Made by a program: the position numbers and the translations under genes. DNA of 31,708 nucleotides from Candidatus Eiseniibacteriota bacterium (GTDB lineage Bacteria > Eisenbacteria > RBG-16-71-46 > CAIMUX01 > VGJL01), in contig JBHGAY010000041.1 of assembly GCA_041946735.1 (NCBI GenBank), forward strand, positions 1 through 31,708. The letters are read 5' to 3'. Below are positions 1 through 9,526 of this stretch, piece after piece. The notes beneath the pieces were generated by a model. The model saw only the letters and a list, made by a program, of their open reading frames with translations, was not told the DNA's origin and made no database searches. Each line of letters starts with the position of its first letter. Position 1 is the first letter of the stretch.

Positions 1-819
<819 letters not shown>

Positions 820-943
820 CGGAAACTCGGAGCGTTCCCGACCGAAATCGGGAACGTTGGAATATTGTCGCGCTCGCAGAGTCTGCTTATTGCAGACCTG
901 CGCGCGCCGACTCGGGCTCGCCTTACCTACACTCATTCTTCTC

Positions 944-955
944 TTGTCAAAGAAC
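944..955 (-). promoter_or_regulatory. rrn leader boxA antitermination element
   Basis: Minus strand GTTCTTTGACAA resembles the boxA consensus (TGCTCTTTAACA) and lies between the promoters and the 16S start. Confidence 0.75.
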
Positions 956-981
956 GTGCCTCGCGCAGAGCGCAAGATCGC

Positions 982-1011
982 ACAATACGTATCGCGGCTT
1001 CAGATCGTCAA
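982..1011 (-). promoter_or_regulatory. rrn promoter P2 (sigma70-type)
   Basis: Minus strand TTGACG (1011-1006), 18-nt spacer, TATTGT (987-982), just upstream of boxA. Confidence 0.6.
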
Positions 1012-1080
1012 CTGGGATTTTTGTTCCCGTGACGGCCGGGCCCGAGCAGGTCCTGTCGAACCCTTGCCGCGGGAATTCGG

Positions 1081-1109
1081 ACTCTACTTCCGCCTCGAAC
1101 ATGCGTCAA
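1081..1109 (-). promoter_or_regulatory. rrn promoter P1 (sigma70-type)
   Basis: Minus strand TTGACG (1109-1104), 17-nt spacer, TAGAGT (1086-1081), with an A-run just upstream. Tandem P1/P2 layout is typical of rRNA operons. Confidence 0.65.
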
Positions 1110-1524
1110 GGTCTTTTTGCCGGTAGGTTCTACCGTCGTTCATCCGACAAAACACGCGCCCTCAACGTGTTCCCTGCCGCTTCATCGCCGGCGTCGCTTC
1201 GTCCCCGCCAAAACCGGCAAAGTCGGCTAACCGCATGCAGATCAAACAGATGCGGCGACCGCATCGATCGCCGCGACAGAGTACCTACGCTCCCTTGCCT
1301 GGTGGGTTCCGCGCCAAAGCGCCTCGTCCGGGCCGTGCGTCCGCCCTCCATGATCGCCATCATCCGAGCCAGTCCGTCGTTCTTGCCTCCGCCGGACTCC
1401 ACGCCAGGCCTTCTTGATCCCTCGCTGGACCCTGCGGCCCGCCCTCCTCGATCCCGGGTCCCTCGGCCGCGCCCTACGTCCGGCCTCCTTGACCGTCGGA
1501 GGCCGCTGTGATTCGCTCCCGTAC

Positions 1525-3573
1525 GTGAGATCGTTCCTGCTAGCCCTGCTGGTCGTGCCGCTGCTGATGGCGGCGTGCCTCTATGGACTCTTCCTGCTCT
1601 GGGGCGGCCGCCTACCGGTTCCGGAAGACTTCGACGAACTACGCCCGAGCGCGAGGTCGACGGTCTACGACCGCGAAGGCCGCGTGATCGGGACCTACTT
1701 TGCGCAGAACCGTAATCCCATCTCCCTTTCGGAGATCTCGCCCGGGATGATCGATGCCGTGCTCGCGGCCGAAGACCATCGCTTCTACGCCCACTGGGGC
1801 GTCAACTTGTCGGCGATCGCGCGGGCCGTCCTGGCGAACGTCAAGAAGGGCCAGGTGTCACAGGGGGCGAGCACGATCACGCAGCAGCTCGCGCGTGACC
1901 TGTTCCTGGATCAGAGCCGCACGCTGGAGCGGAAGCTCAAGGAGATGGTGCTCGCGGTCCGGCTCGAGCGCTCGTTTTCGAAGGATGAGATCCTCGAGCT
2001 CTATCTCAACCGCATCTACTTCGGCGAGGGAGCCTACGGCGTCGATGCGGCGGCCCGCCGCTACTTCGCGAAGGAGGTCTCGGAGCTGACCCCCGCCGAA
2101 GCCGCGACGATCGCCGGGATCGCCGCCAATCCAAGCGCGTTCTCTCCGATCCGCCGGCCCGAAGCCGCCCTCCAGCGCCGGGACCGGGTGCTGAAGTCGA
2201 TGCGCAGCCTGGGCTACCTCTCGAAGCAGGAGTTCGAGGAGGCGGTGAGCCAGCCGCTCGGGATCCGGCCCGGCAGCTCCTCCGCCGGCGAAGCCCCGTA
2301 CTTCCTCGAGTACGTCCGCCTGCAGCTGATGGCCAAGTACGGCGGCAGGGGCGTGTACGAAGGCGGCTTGCGGATCCAGACCGGGCTCGACCTCGATCTG
2401 CAGCGGGCGGCCGAGGAGGCGATCGAGACGCGGCTGCGGGAGATCGAGAAGGAGCATCTCTACCGCAACACGTTCGATTCCTTCCAGCAGGCCGGATCGC
2501 GCGCCGCAGACGAGGGGACGCCTTACCTCCAGGCCGCGCTGGTCGCCCTCGATCCCCAGACCGGCCAGATCCTCGCGATGGTCGGAGGACGCACATGGGA
2601 AGACAGCCGCTTCAACAGGGCTGTCCAGGCGCGAAGACAGCCGGGCAGCTCGTTCAAGCCGCTGATCTACGGGCTCGCCCTGCAGTCCGGCATGAAGACG
2701 AACGACGGCATCGTCGACGAGCCGGTGAGCTACCCGATGGGCGCCGGAATGGGCCGCTGGGCGCCGCACAACTTCGGGAACAGGTTTTCCGGATGGATGA
2801 CGTTGCGCTACGCGCTCGCGAAGTCGATCAACATTCCGAGCATCAAGCTGGCCGATCGCCTCGGCCCGCGGCGCGTCGCCGAGTTCGCCCGTCTCTGCGG
2901 GATCCAGGGGCCCGTCGATCCCTACCTCTCGATCGCGCTCGGCACCGCGGAGGTCACCCCGCTCGAAATGGCTTCGGTCTATGCGGCGTTCGACAATCAG
3001 GGGATCCGGCTCGACCCGGTCGGAGTCGTCCGCGTCGAGGACCGGGTCGGCAGGGTGCTGCAGGAGTCGTCCCCCGCGACGACGGAGATCCTCGACGAGA
3101 AGTCGAGCGCCATGCTCGTGAGCATGATGCAGACGGTGCTCGATCGTGGCACCGCGTGGGCCGCGCGGAAGAAGATGGGGTTCGAAGCGCCGGCCGCGGG
3201 GAAGACCGGAACGACGGACGACTACACGGACGCCTGGTTCATCGGCTTCGTGCCACGTTGCGTGTGCGCCGTCTGGGTCGGGTTCGACGAGAAGAAGACG
3301 CTCGGCCGCAACATGACGGGAGCCAAGGTCGCGCTTCCGATCTGGACCGACTTCATGAAGGCGTTCGTCGCGGCCGAGGGAGAGGAGCCGTTCCCCGTGC
3401 CTGAAGGACTCACCGCGGTGAAGACCTGCCTCGGAACGGGACAGCTCGCCGGCCCCTCCTGCCCGGCCGTCGACGATCTCTTTCGGCCGGGACAGCAGCC
3501 GCATGACGTGTGCGGCGCGCACGGCGGTTCCGCCCCAGAGGTGGAGGAGTCCGACGAGGAGGAGGGCCTCTAG
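1525..3573 (+). CDS. mrcA: Class A penicillin-binding protein (PBP1A family; transglycosylase + transpeptidase)
   Basis: N-terminal TM helix; GT51 motifs EDHRFYAHWG, GASTITQQL, RKLKE; transpeptidase motifs SxxK (SSFK), SxN (SIN), KTG. Start moved from 1414 to the in-frame GTG at 1525 just before the TM helix (start uncertain). Confidence 0.95.
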   Translation: MRSFLLALLVVPLLMAACLYGLFLLWGGRLPVPEDFDELRPSARSTVYDREGRVIGTYFAQNRNPISLSEISPGMIDAVLAAEDHRFYAHWGVNLSAIARAVLANVKKGQVSQGASTITQQLARDLFLDQSRTLERKLKEMVLAVRLERSFSKDEILELYLNRIYFGEGAYGVDAAARRYFAKEVSELTPAEAATIAGIAANPSAFSPIRRPEAALQRRDRVLKSMRSLGYLSKQEFEEAVSQPLGIRPGSSSAGEAPYFLEYVRLQLMAKYGGRGVYEGGLRIQTGLDLDLQRAAEEAIETRLREIEKEHLYRNTFDSFQQAGSRAADEGTPYLQAALVALDPQTGQILAMVGGRTWEDSRFNRAVQARRQPGSSFKPLIYGLALQSGMKTNDGIVDEPVSYPMGAGMGRWAPHNFGNRFSGWMTLRYALAKSINIPSIKLADRLGPRRVAEFARLCGIQGPVDPYLSIALGTAEVTPLEMASVYAAFDNQGIRLDPVGVVRVEDRVGRVLQESSPATTEILDEKSSAMLVSMMQTVLDRGTAWAARKKMGFEAPAAGKTGTTDDYTDAWFIGFVPRCVCAVWVGFDEKKTLGRNMTGAKVALPIWTDFMKAFVAAEGEEPFPVPEGLTAVKTCLGTGQLAGPSCPAVDDLFRPGQQPHDVCGAHGGSAPEVEESDEEEGL

Positions 3574-3592
3574 CGGTCGCGCGGCCGGTAGA

Positions 3593-4915
3593 TCAGACCG
3601 GCCCCTCGATCCTCTCCAGGACTGCGGTCCCGGGGGGAGGCGGCCCGGCGGAGAGGTGAAATGCCGAGGCGATGCGAGGAGCGATCTCCTCGGCTGCGGA
3701 ACCGTCCGCCGCGTGAGTCTCCGCCAACGTCTGGCCGACGGCGACGCGGTCGCCGACCTTCACGAGCAATCGGACCCCCACTCGCGGATCGATCTCCGTT
3801 TCGATCGTCCGGCGGCCCCCGCCCAGATCCATGACCGCCTCCGCGATCGCGCGTGGCTCGATCCGCTCGCACCATCCCTCGCCGGAGCTCCGTACCTCGC
3901 GAATCACCGGAGCGTGAGGCAGGCGGCGGGGATCCTCGAGGACGCGAGGATCCCCGCCGTGCGCCTCGATCATCGCGGCGAGCTTCTCCAGCGCCGCCCC
4001 GCTCGTGAGCGCAGCCGCCATCCGCCTTCGGGCCTCCGCCGCGTCGATCCCTCCTGCTCGCAGCATCTCCTCCGCGAGCGCGGTGGTGACCGCAGTCAAG
4101 TCCTCCTCCCGGTCCTCGCCGCGGAGCCACTCTGCCGCCTCGGCGACCTCGAGCGCGTTGCCGATCGTGCGGCCGAGCGGGCGGTCCATCCGGGTGAGGA
4201 TCGCCGTCGTGCGGATCCCGAGCGCGTCTCCCGCCTCGACGAGTCGCGATCCGAGATCACGCGCGCTCGCTCGATCGGGCAGGAATGCCCCCGGTCCGAC
4301 CTTGACGTCCGCCACGAGCCCCGTGAGCCGGGCCGCCGCCTTCTTGGAGAGGATGCTCGAGACGATCAGCGGGACTGACTCGACGATCCCCGAGACGTCG
4401 CGCAGCGCGTACATCCGGCGATCCGCCGGCACGAGATCCCGGCTGGCGCCGACGATGCTGCAGCCGACGCGATCGACGATCCGCCGGAACCGGTCCGACT
4501 CGAGGAAGATGGCGTACCCCGGGATCGATTGCAGCTTGTCGAGCGTGCCGCCGGTGTGGCCGAGCGCGCGGCCGGAGATCATGGGCACGCGCAGGCCGCA
4601 AGCCGCGGCCAGTGGCGCGACGATCAGCGACACCTTGTCGCCGACCCCTCCTGTCGAGTGCTTGTCGACGACCGGCGGCCCTTCGGTCCAGGGGGGCAGC
4701 GGACGGCCCGAGGCGAGCATCGCCATCGTAAGCTCGGCGTTCTCCGCGGCAGTGAGACCGCGGAAGTAGATCGCCATCATCCAGGCCGTCATCTGGTAAT
4801 CGGTCACCTCGTCACGAAGGAATCCCTGGATCAGGTCGCGGATCTCTCCCGGCGGGTGCGCTCCCCCCTCGCGTTTGCGCAGGATCGCGGCGACGGGCGA
4901 GAATGCGGCGCTCAT
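3593..4915 (-). CDS. pdp: Pyrimidine-nucleoside/thymidine phosphorylase
   Basis: Motifs DKHSTGGVGDKVS, SGRALGHTGGTLDKL, ALRDV, SSILSKK; its start overlaps the cdd stop (ATGA). Confidence 0.96.
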   Translation of the reverse strand: MSAAFSPVAAILRKREGGAHPPGEIRDLIQGFLRDEVTDYQMTAWMMAIYFRGLTAAENAELTMAMLASGRPLPPWTEGPPVVDKHSTGGVGDKVSLIVAPLAAACGLRVPMISGRALGHTGGTLDKLQSIPGYAIFLESDRFRRIVDRVGCSIVGASRDLVPADRRMYALRDVSGIVESVPLIVSSILSKKAAARLTGLVADVKVGPGAFLPDRASARDLGSRLVEAGDALGIRTTAILTRMDRPLGRTIGNALEVAEAAEWLRGEDREEDLTAVTTALAEEMLRAGGIDAAEARRRMAAALTSGAALEKLAAMIEAHGGDPRVLEDPRRLPHAPVIREVRSSGEGWCERIEPRAIAEAVMDLGGGRRTIETEIDPRVGVRLLVKVGDRVAVGQTLAETHAADGSAAEEIAPRIASAFHLSAGPPPPGTAVLERIEGPV

Positions 4916-5337
4916 GCGCGCGCCTGGCGAGTCCGCCGCTCGAACGCCGCGGGCAGGAGGGAGGAAAGCCGGCGGCGCTCCGGCGCAGCGCCGTCACAGG
5001 TCACGACGATCTCCAGGTCACCCGCGACGCGCGCCAGGAGGTCGCGGCAAGCCCCGCAGGGGAAGGTGGAGGACGGGGTCGGCGTGTAGATCCAGAGCCG
5101 GACGAAGGAGGAGGCCCCGGCCGCGCGGGCGCGAGCGAGAGCGATGCGCTCTGCGCAGACGGTCAGCCCGAGGCTGACGCACTCGATGTTGCACCCCGCG
5201 TGAATCCGCCCGTTTGCGTCCTCGAGGATGGCACCGACCGGAAAGCGCGAGTGCGGCACGTAGGCCCGCTTCGCCGCCTCCCGCGCCGCCGCGCTGGGAT
5301 CCGATCGGGCTTCCGCCGCTGCCGAGGTCTTCCGCAC
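4912..5337 (-). CDS. cdd: Cytidine deaminase (homotetrameric, 3-Cys zinc type)
   Basis: AYVPHSRFPVGA, GCNIE, CAERIAL and PCGACR zinc motifs. Start set at GTG 5337 after the purine-rich GAAGGGGGAG. Confidence 0.93.
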   Translation of the reverse strand: MRKTSAAAEARSDPSAAAREAAKRAYVPHSRFPVGAILEDANGRIHAGCNIECVSLGLTVCAERIALARARAAGASSFVRLWIYTPTPSSTFPCGACRDLLARVAGDLEIVVTCDGAAPERRRLSSLLPAAFERRTRQARA

Positions 5338-5361
5338 GACTCCCCCTTCCGCGTTCCCCGC

Positions 5362-5371
5362 ATGATATCGT
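5362..5371. promoter_or_regulatory. Overlapping divergent -10 elements for cdd-pdp and mazG
   Basis: + strand TG-a-TATCGT (5363-5371) lies 6 nt before the mazG ATG; - strand TATCAT (5367-5362) points to cdd. The intergenic gap is only about 40 bp. Confidence 0.5.
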
Positions 5372-5377
5372 CCGGCC

Positions 5378-6190
5378 ATGAGCCGGCGCGAGATCCCCAT
5401 CGATCCCTGGGAGCGGTTGTCCCGCATCTGCGGAGTACTGCTCGGCGAGGGCGGCTGCGCGTGGGACCGAGCGCAGAGCCCCGAGAGCCTGCTGCCTTAT
5501 CTCGTCGAGGAGACGCACGAAGTCGTCGAAGCCGTCCTCCAAGGGGACGCCTCCCGCATCACCGACGAGGCGGGCGACGCGCTCTACCTGTGGGTCTTCT
5601 TCCTCGAGCTGCTCGAGCGCCGCCGGGCCGGGTCGATCGTGGAGGCGGCGCGCGGAGTCGAGGAGAAGCTCGTACGCCGCCATCCCCATGTTTTCGCCTC
5701 CGAGGCCGCGCCCGATGCGGACGTGCCCCTGACGGGGCACGGGGTGTGGGAGCGCCGCAAGCGTGCGGAACATCCGCCCGATGCCGGCGCGCTCCGCAAG
5801 CTCCCGGCGACTCTCCCCGCGCTCTACGCGGCTCGGCGGCTGCAGGAGAAAGCGGCGGCGTTCGGGTTCGACTGGCCGGGACCGCTCGACGTCCTCGAGA
5901 AGGTGCGGGAAGAGGCGGCCGAGGTGGAGGAGGCCGTGCGGGCGGAGAGCGGCGCCGAACGGATCGGCGAGGAGATCGGAGATCTGCTGTTCTCGGTGGT
6001 CAATCTCTCCCGCCAACTCGGCCAGGATCCGGAGATCGCGTTGCGGCACGCGAGCGAGAAGTTCCGGTTGCGCTTCAACGCGATGGCCCGCTCGCTGGAA
6101 GAAGCGGGGCATCGTCTCGGCGACGCCCCGCTCGATCTGCTCGAAGAACACTGGCAGGCGGCGAAGCGGGATCCGGACCGCTACGCCTAG
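5378..6190 (+). CDS. mazG: MazG nucleoside triphosphate pyrophosphohydrolase (tandem-domain)
   Basis: GCAWDRAQS, YLVEETHEVVEA, EAGDAL, KLVRRHPHVF, LQEKAAAFGFDW, EEIGDLLFSVVN, KFRLRF. Confidence 0.95.
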   Translation: MSRREIPIDPWERLSRICGVLLGEGGCAWDRAQSPESLLPYLVEETHEVVEAVLQGDASRITDEAGDALYLWVFFLELLERRRAGSIVEAARGVEEKLVRRHPHVFASEAAPDADVPLTGHGVWERRKRAEHPPDAGALRKLPATLPALYAARRLQEKAAAFGFDWPGPLDVLEKVREEAAEVEEAVRAESGAERIGEEIGDLLFSVVNLSRQLGQDPEIALRHASEKFRLRFNAMARSLEEAGHRLGDAPLDLLEEHWQAAKRDPDRYA

Positions 6191-6205
6191 ACCGGGTATC
6201 CGCGT

Positions 6206-6775
6206 CTACGCTTCCTCGCGGGAGTCGCAGAACACCAGGACGTGGCAGCTCCCCTGATCCCGGGTCGCGATGCTCGGCGGCTCCAGGACGCAGCCGTGAA
6301 TCGAATCTCCCGCGCCCACCGCCATCCGCGTCGCTCCGATCTGGACCTCGCAGCTCCCGTCGATGCAATAGAAGCAGACGTCCTGCCCGCGACGGATCCA
6401 GCGCAGCTCGACGCTCCCGCCCGGATCGAGCTGCACGCTGCTCGCGCGGATCCGCCCCCCCAGGATCCCTCGCGTCAGGTGGCTGCACTGGCCCCTCTCG
6501 ATCGCAGCCGCGGGAGCGATCGGATCGATCCGGTCGTCCTCGGTCGTCAGGCAGAACTCCTCCAGCTCGCGCTCCTCGATGAAGAAGCTCGGATCCTTCC
6601 GCAGCGCGTATGCGATGCGGATCAGCGCGCCGATCGTGGGGGAGGTCATCCCCCGCTCGATCTCCGAGATGTGCGTGGAGGAGAGCCCGCACGTCTCCTC
6701 CACGTCCTTGAGCGTCATCTTCTGCCGCTGCCGCACTTCGCGCAGCCGCTTCCCGACCATCTCCCTGGAAATCAT
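6206..6775 (-). CDS. XRE-family HTH + cupin-like transcriptional regulator (paralog B, degenerate cupin)
   Basis: HTH_3-like N-terminus (GKRLREVRQRQKMTLKDV...SSTHISEIERGMTSPTIGAL) and a beta-rich C-terminus with GDSIH. Start ATG 6775 follows AAGGAGGT. Confidence 0.9.
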   Translation of the reverse strand: MISREMVGKRLREVRQRQKMTLKDVEETCGLSSTHISEIERGMTSPTIGALIRIAYALRKDPSFFIEERELEEFCLTTEDDRIDPIAPAAAIERGQCSHLTRGILGGRIRASSVQLDPGGSVELRWIRRGQDVCFYCIDGSCEVQIGATRMAVGAGDSIHGCVLEPPSIATRDQGSCHVLVFCDSREEA

Positions 6776-6839
6776 CGCCCCACCTCCTTCTCGTGCCTTC
6801 AGGCTCGTGCTCGGCATTGCCGCTGGTCGGCTCCGCCGA

Positions 6840-7406
6840 TCAGATGAACAGCCGCGGCCGGACCGCCCATACGGTGCGGCTCGGAGTGGGGGCCAGATTG
6901 CGGATGCGGTGCGGGTGAACCGCCTTGAAGTGGAACGAGTCTCCGCTCCGCAACACGTGCGAGGTGCCGTTGACCGTCACCTCGAGAATCCCTTCCAGGA
7001 CGTAGCAGAACTCTTCCCCCTGATGCCCGGGGACGGCCTCGACCTGGCCTGTCGTCCGGATCGTCGCCACGAAGAGGGAGAGGTCCGAGCGGGCCGACCG
7101 GTCGGTCAGGGGATCGAGGACGACCGATCCTCCCGCCATCGAGAGCGGACGCCGCTCCTCGCGCTTCTGCACCCGCAGCTCCGGCTGTGGCGGGATATCG
7201 ATGAGATAGGACGGAAGGACGCCGAGCGCGTCGGCGATCTTTTCGAGCGCGCCGATCGTCGGGGACGTGTTCCCCCGCTCGATCTCGGAGATGTGCGTGG
7301 CACTGACGCCGACGCGCTCCTCGATCTGTTTGAGCGTCAGTCCCCGCTCTTGGCGGATCCGGCGGACCCGACGCCCGAGCTCTTTGCTGATCGTCTCCTG
7401 CATCAT
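6840..7406 (-). CDS. XRE-family HTH + cupin transcriptional regulator (PuuR/SutR-like; paralog A)
   Basis: HTH_3 N-terminus (GRRVRRIRQERGLTLKQI...SATHISEIERGNTSPTIGAL) and canonical cupin motifs HQGEEFCYVLEG and GDSFHF..VHPH. GGAGG abuts ATG 7415, so ATG 7406 is the likelier start. Confidence 0.92.
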   Translation of the reverse strand: MMQETISKELGRRVRRIRQERGLTLKQIEERVGVSATHISEIERGNTSPTIGALEKIADALGVLPSYLIDIPPQPELRVQKREERRPLSMAGGSVVLDPLTDRSARSDLSLFVATIRTTGQVEAVPGHQGEEFCYVLEGILEVTVNGTSHVLRSGDSFHFKAVHPHRIRNLAPTPSRTVWAVRPRLFI

Positions 7407-7479
7407 GACCAACATCCTCCAGGGTAACGATTCCTACGGTCGTGGCGTGGTCACGTAGTATCGATTGTCTACCAGAGAC

Positions 7480-8364
7480 TCATGTCTCCGGGGGTGGACA
7501 TGTATAACCCAGGACCTTGTACAGCAGCTTTGCCGCCAGGAAGTCCGGGGCATGCAAGCCGGGGATCGGAGAAAGCTCCATCAGGTCGAAGCCGACGACC
7601 TCCCGGCCGGTTGTGAGAACCCGAACCGTTTCGAGGATCTCGTCCCAGAGAAGACCTCCCGGTTCCGGCGTTCCGGTCCCGGGAAGGATCGATGGGTCGA
7701 GGACGTCCAGGTCGATGGTCAGATACAGCTTCGGACCGAGGAATCGGGCCGCCTCTTGGAGGATCGCTTGCCGGTCTCGATGCAGCTCGCGGGCGAAAAA
7801 GAGGGGCAGCTTCTCGCGCTGCACCCGCTCGTGCTCCGGTTCGCTCAGGCTTCGGATGCCGATCTGAACGGCCGGAAAGCGCTCGCGGGCGCGCGCCATC
7901 ACGCAGGCGTGGCTGAACGGGGTGTCCTGAAAGCTCTCGCGGAGATCGGCGTGAGCATCGAGATGCAGAATGGTGACGGGAATCGAGGCTCGCTCGAGCG
8001 CGAGGAAGGCGCCGATCGTCAGGCTGTGCTCGCCGCCGACCAAGACCGGCTTTTTGTTCTCCTCGAGGATCTCGCCGATGACGTCCGCGACACGTTCGAC
8101 CATCCGCTCGGGCCCGGCCGCCACCTGCTCGAGGACTTCCATCGTATGAAGTCCCACGTCGATGGGACTGAAGCCGAGCTCCTCGTCGAACAGCTCCATG
8201 TGCGTGGAAGCGTCGAGAAGCGCGCGGGGTCCGTTGCGAGCGCCTGTTCCGTAGGTGGTCGTAAGGTCGTACGCCACCGGAACGAGAATGGCCTTCGCCT
8301 CCTCTCGTGGCACCTGCCAGCCGCCAAAGGCCCAGACCGATTCCGTTCCGCCCACGGACACCAT
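7480..8364 (-). CDS. speB: Agmatinase (ureohydrolase family)
   Basis: TTYGTGARNGP, GGEHS, DAHAD, SHAC, DLDVLDP, GTGTPEPGG, DLMEL. Start placed at ATG 8364; the 5' extension to 9081 is the antisense of the 3D-domain gene. Confidence 0.92.
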   Translation of the reverse strand: MVSVGGTESVWAFGGWQVPREEAKAILVPVAYDLTTTYGTGARNGPRALLDASTHMELFDEELGFSPIDVGLHTMEVLEQVAAGPERMVERVADVIGEILEENKKPVLVGGEHSLTIGAFLALERASIPVTILHLDAHADLRESFQDTPFSHACVMARARERFPAVQIGIRSLSEPEHERVQREKLPLFFARELHRDRQAILQEAARFLGPKLYLTIDLDVLDPSILPGTGTPEPGGLLWDEILETVRVLTTGREVVGFDLMELSPIPGLHAPDFLAAKLLYKVLGYTCPPPET

Positions 8365-8402
8365 CCCGCTTGTTGCAGCTACGGCATGAACGTGTGCAAC
8401 GA

Positions 8403-8431
8403 GTGATAGCGGAAAGATGCCCACCGAGCAA
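8403..8431 (-). promoter_or_regulatory. Possible sigma70 promoter for speB
   Basis: Minus strand TTGCTC, 17-nt spacer, TATCAC; the last base of the -10 is non-consensus. Confidence 0.3.
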
Positions 8432-8472
8432 CCGAAAACTTCCCCCCAACCGAGATTCGCGGACCGGCCGGC

Positions 8473-8501
8473 TTGACAGCCCGCCGATAGATCCGTAGGG
8501 T
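8473..8501 (+). promoter_or_regulatory. sigma70 promoter for the 3D-domain gene
   Basis: TTGACA (8473-8478), 17-nt spacer, TAGGGT (8496-8501), followed by AAGGAGG (8530-8536) and GTG 8546. Confidence 0.6.
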
Positions 8502-8545
8502 GCCGCCTTTGTGGGCGCCGAAATCGCCGAAGGAGGTCGTCAAGG

Positions 8546-9526
8546 GTGCAGTTGAGCTTGTCTCGTTCTCTGCGATCGAGCAGAACGGTGCCGATCTGGA
8601 TTCTGGTCCAGGTCCGCAAGCTCGCTGCCTTGCCGCATTTCCTCCCCCTGGAGGAAGTCACCCACCCGACCTGGAACCCGCCGCGCGGGGTCCGGGCGGT
8701 CGCGCTGGTCGTGAGCCTTCTCGGGATCCTGGGAGGCGTCCGGTTCCTCGATCTGCAGCTGTCGAATCTGGAAGCCCTCCCGCATTCCGCGCAGGCGGAA
8801 GGGATTCCGGCGGAGATCGCCGAAGGCGTTCCCGCGGAAATCCCGGTCGGGACTGCGGCGGGGATCACTGCGGGGACTACCGCAGGGATCGCGCCAGGGG
8901 AAATCAGCGGGGGCGATGAAGCGGCCGGCGGCGCCCGCAGCCACCCCCATGCCCTCGAAGCAGCCTTAGCTCTCGCGCCGTCGCCGACCACGTCGTCTTC
9001 GTCTTCCTCGTCTTCATCTTCCTCTTCTTCGTCTTCCTCTCCTGCTCCTTCGGGTCCTTCTGCCCGCGGCGGTTCGAGCATGGCCGCGACCGAAGCTGGG
9101 GTCGTCGCCAGCCCGGCCGACGACTCCCCGAACGGCCTTTTGGTGGACCAGGTCCCGGCGGATTCCGATCGTCATCGCTTCCTGGCGGTCGAGGTGACGG
9201 GATACACGAGCCGTGAGGTCGAAACCGACGAGACGCCGTCGGTGACCGCGTCGAGCCGTCCCCCCCGTCCCGGGACGATCGCGCTCTCCCGCGATCTGCT
9301 TCGCACCTTCACGCCGGGCGCGCCCTTCGATTTCGGCGACCGGGTGCTGATCCCGGGAATGGGGATCTACCGGGTCGACGACACGATGCATCCGCGGTGG
9401 ACGCGCAAGGCGGACATCTGGTTCTCCGACGTCGCGACCGCGCTGCGCTGGGGCAGGCGCGAGATCTACCTCACGCGGGTCGAGGCGGACGAGCCTCTGC
9501 TCGTGCAGCAGAGCTGGCACCGGTAG
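8546..9526 (+). CDS. Membrane-anchored 3D (MltA-like Asp-Asp-Asp) domain protein, putative peptidoglycan-active enzyme
   Basis: TM segment VRAVALVVSLLGILGGV, a long low-complexity linker, and a C-terminal VTGYTS...ETDETPSVTAS...IALSRDL...FGDRV...VDDTM...ADIW...ALRWGRR typical of 3D domains. Strong RBS and promoter upstream. Confidence 0.8.
   Translation: MQLSLSRSLRSSRTVPIWILVQVRKLAALPHFLPLEEVTHPTWNPPRGVRAVALVVSLLGILGGVRFLDLQLSNLEALPHSAQAEGIPAEIAEGVPAEIPVGTAAGITAGTTAGIAPGEISGGDEAAGGARSHPHALEAALALAPSPTTSSSSSSSSSSSSSSSSPAPSGPSARGGSSMAATEAGVVASPADDSPNGLLVDQVPADSDRHRFLAVEVTGYTSREVETDETPSVTASSRPPRPGTIALSRDLLRTFTPGAPFDFGDRVLIPGMGIYRVDDTMHPRWTRKADIWFSDVATALRWGRREIYLTRVEADEPLLVQQSWHR
8801..8896 (+). 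repeat. Eight degenerate 12-bp coding repeats (tetrapeptides GIPA/EIAE/GVPA/EIPV/GTAA/GITA/GTTA/GIAP)
   Basis: 12-nt periodicity, e.g. gggactgcggcg gggatcactgcg gggactaccgca gggatcgcgcca. Confidence 0.8.
8993..9040 (+). repeat. Poly-serine tract (16 consecutive TCN codons)
   Basis: tcg tct tcg tct tcc ... tcc tct, in frame with 8546. Confidence 0.9.

Noticed and set aside
8365..8700. Guanidine riboswitch upstream of speB or c-di-AMP riboswitch upstream of the 3D-domain gene
   Set aside because: The context is suggestive, but I could not find the conserved core motifs by eye. An Rfam/Infernal scan would settle it.
8365..9081. Acidic N-terminal extension (poly-E/D) of the 533-aa agmatinase ORF
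   Set aside because: It is the antisense of the poly-Ser tract of the + strand gene, which has its own promoter and RBS. Agmatinase similarity begins near 8364.
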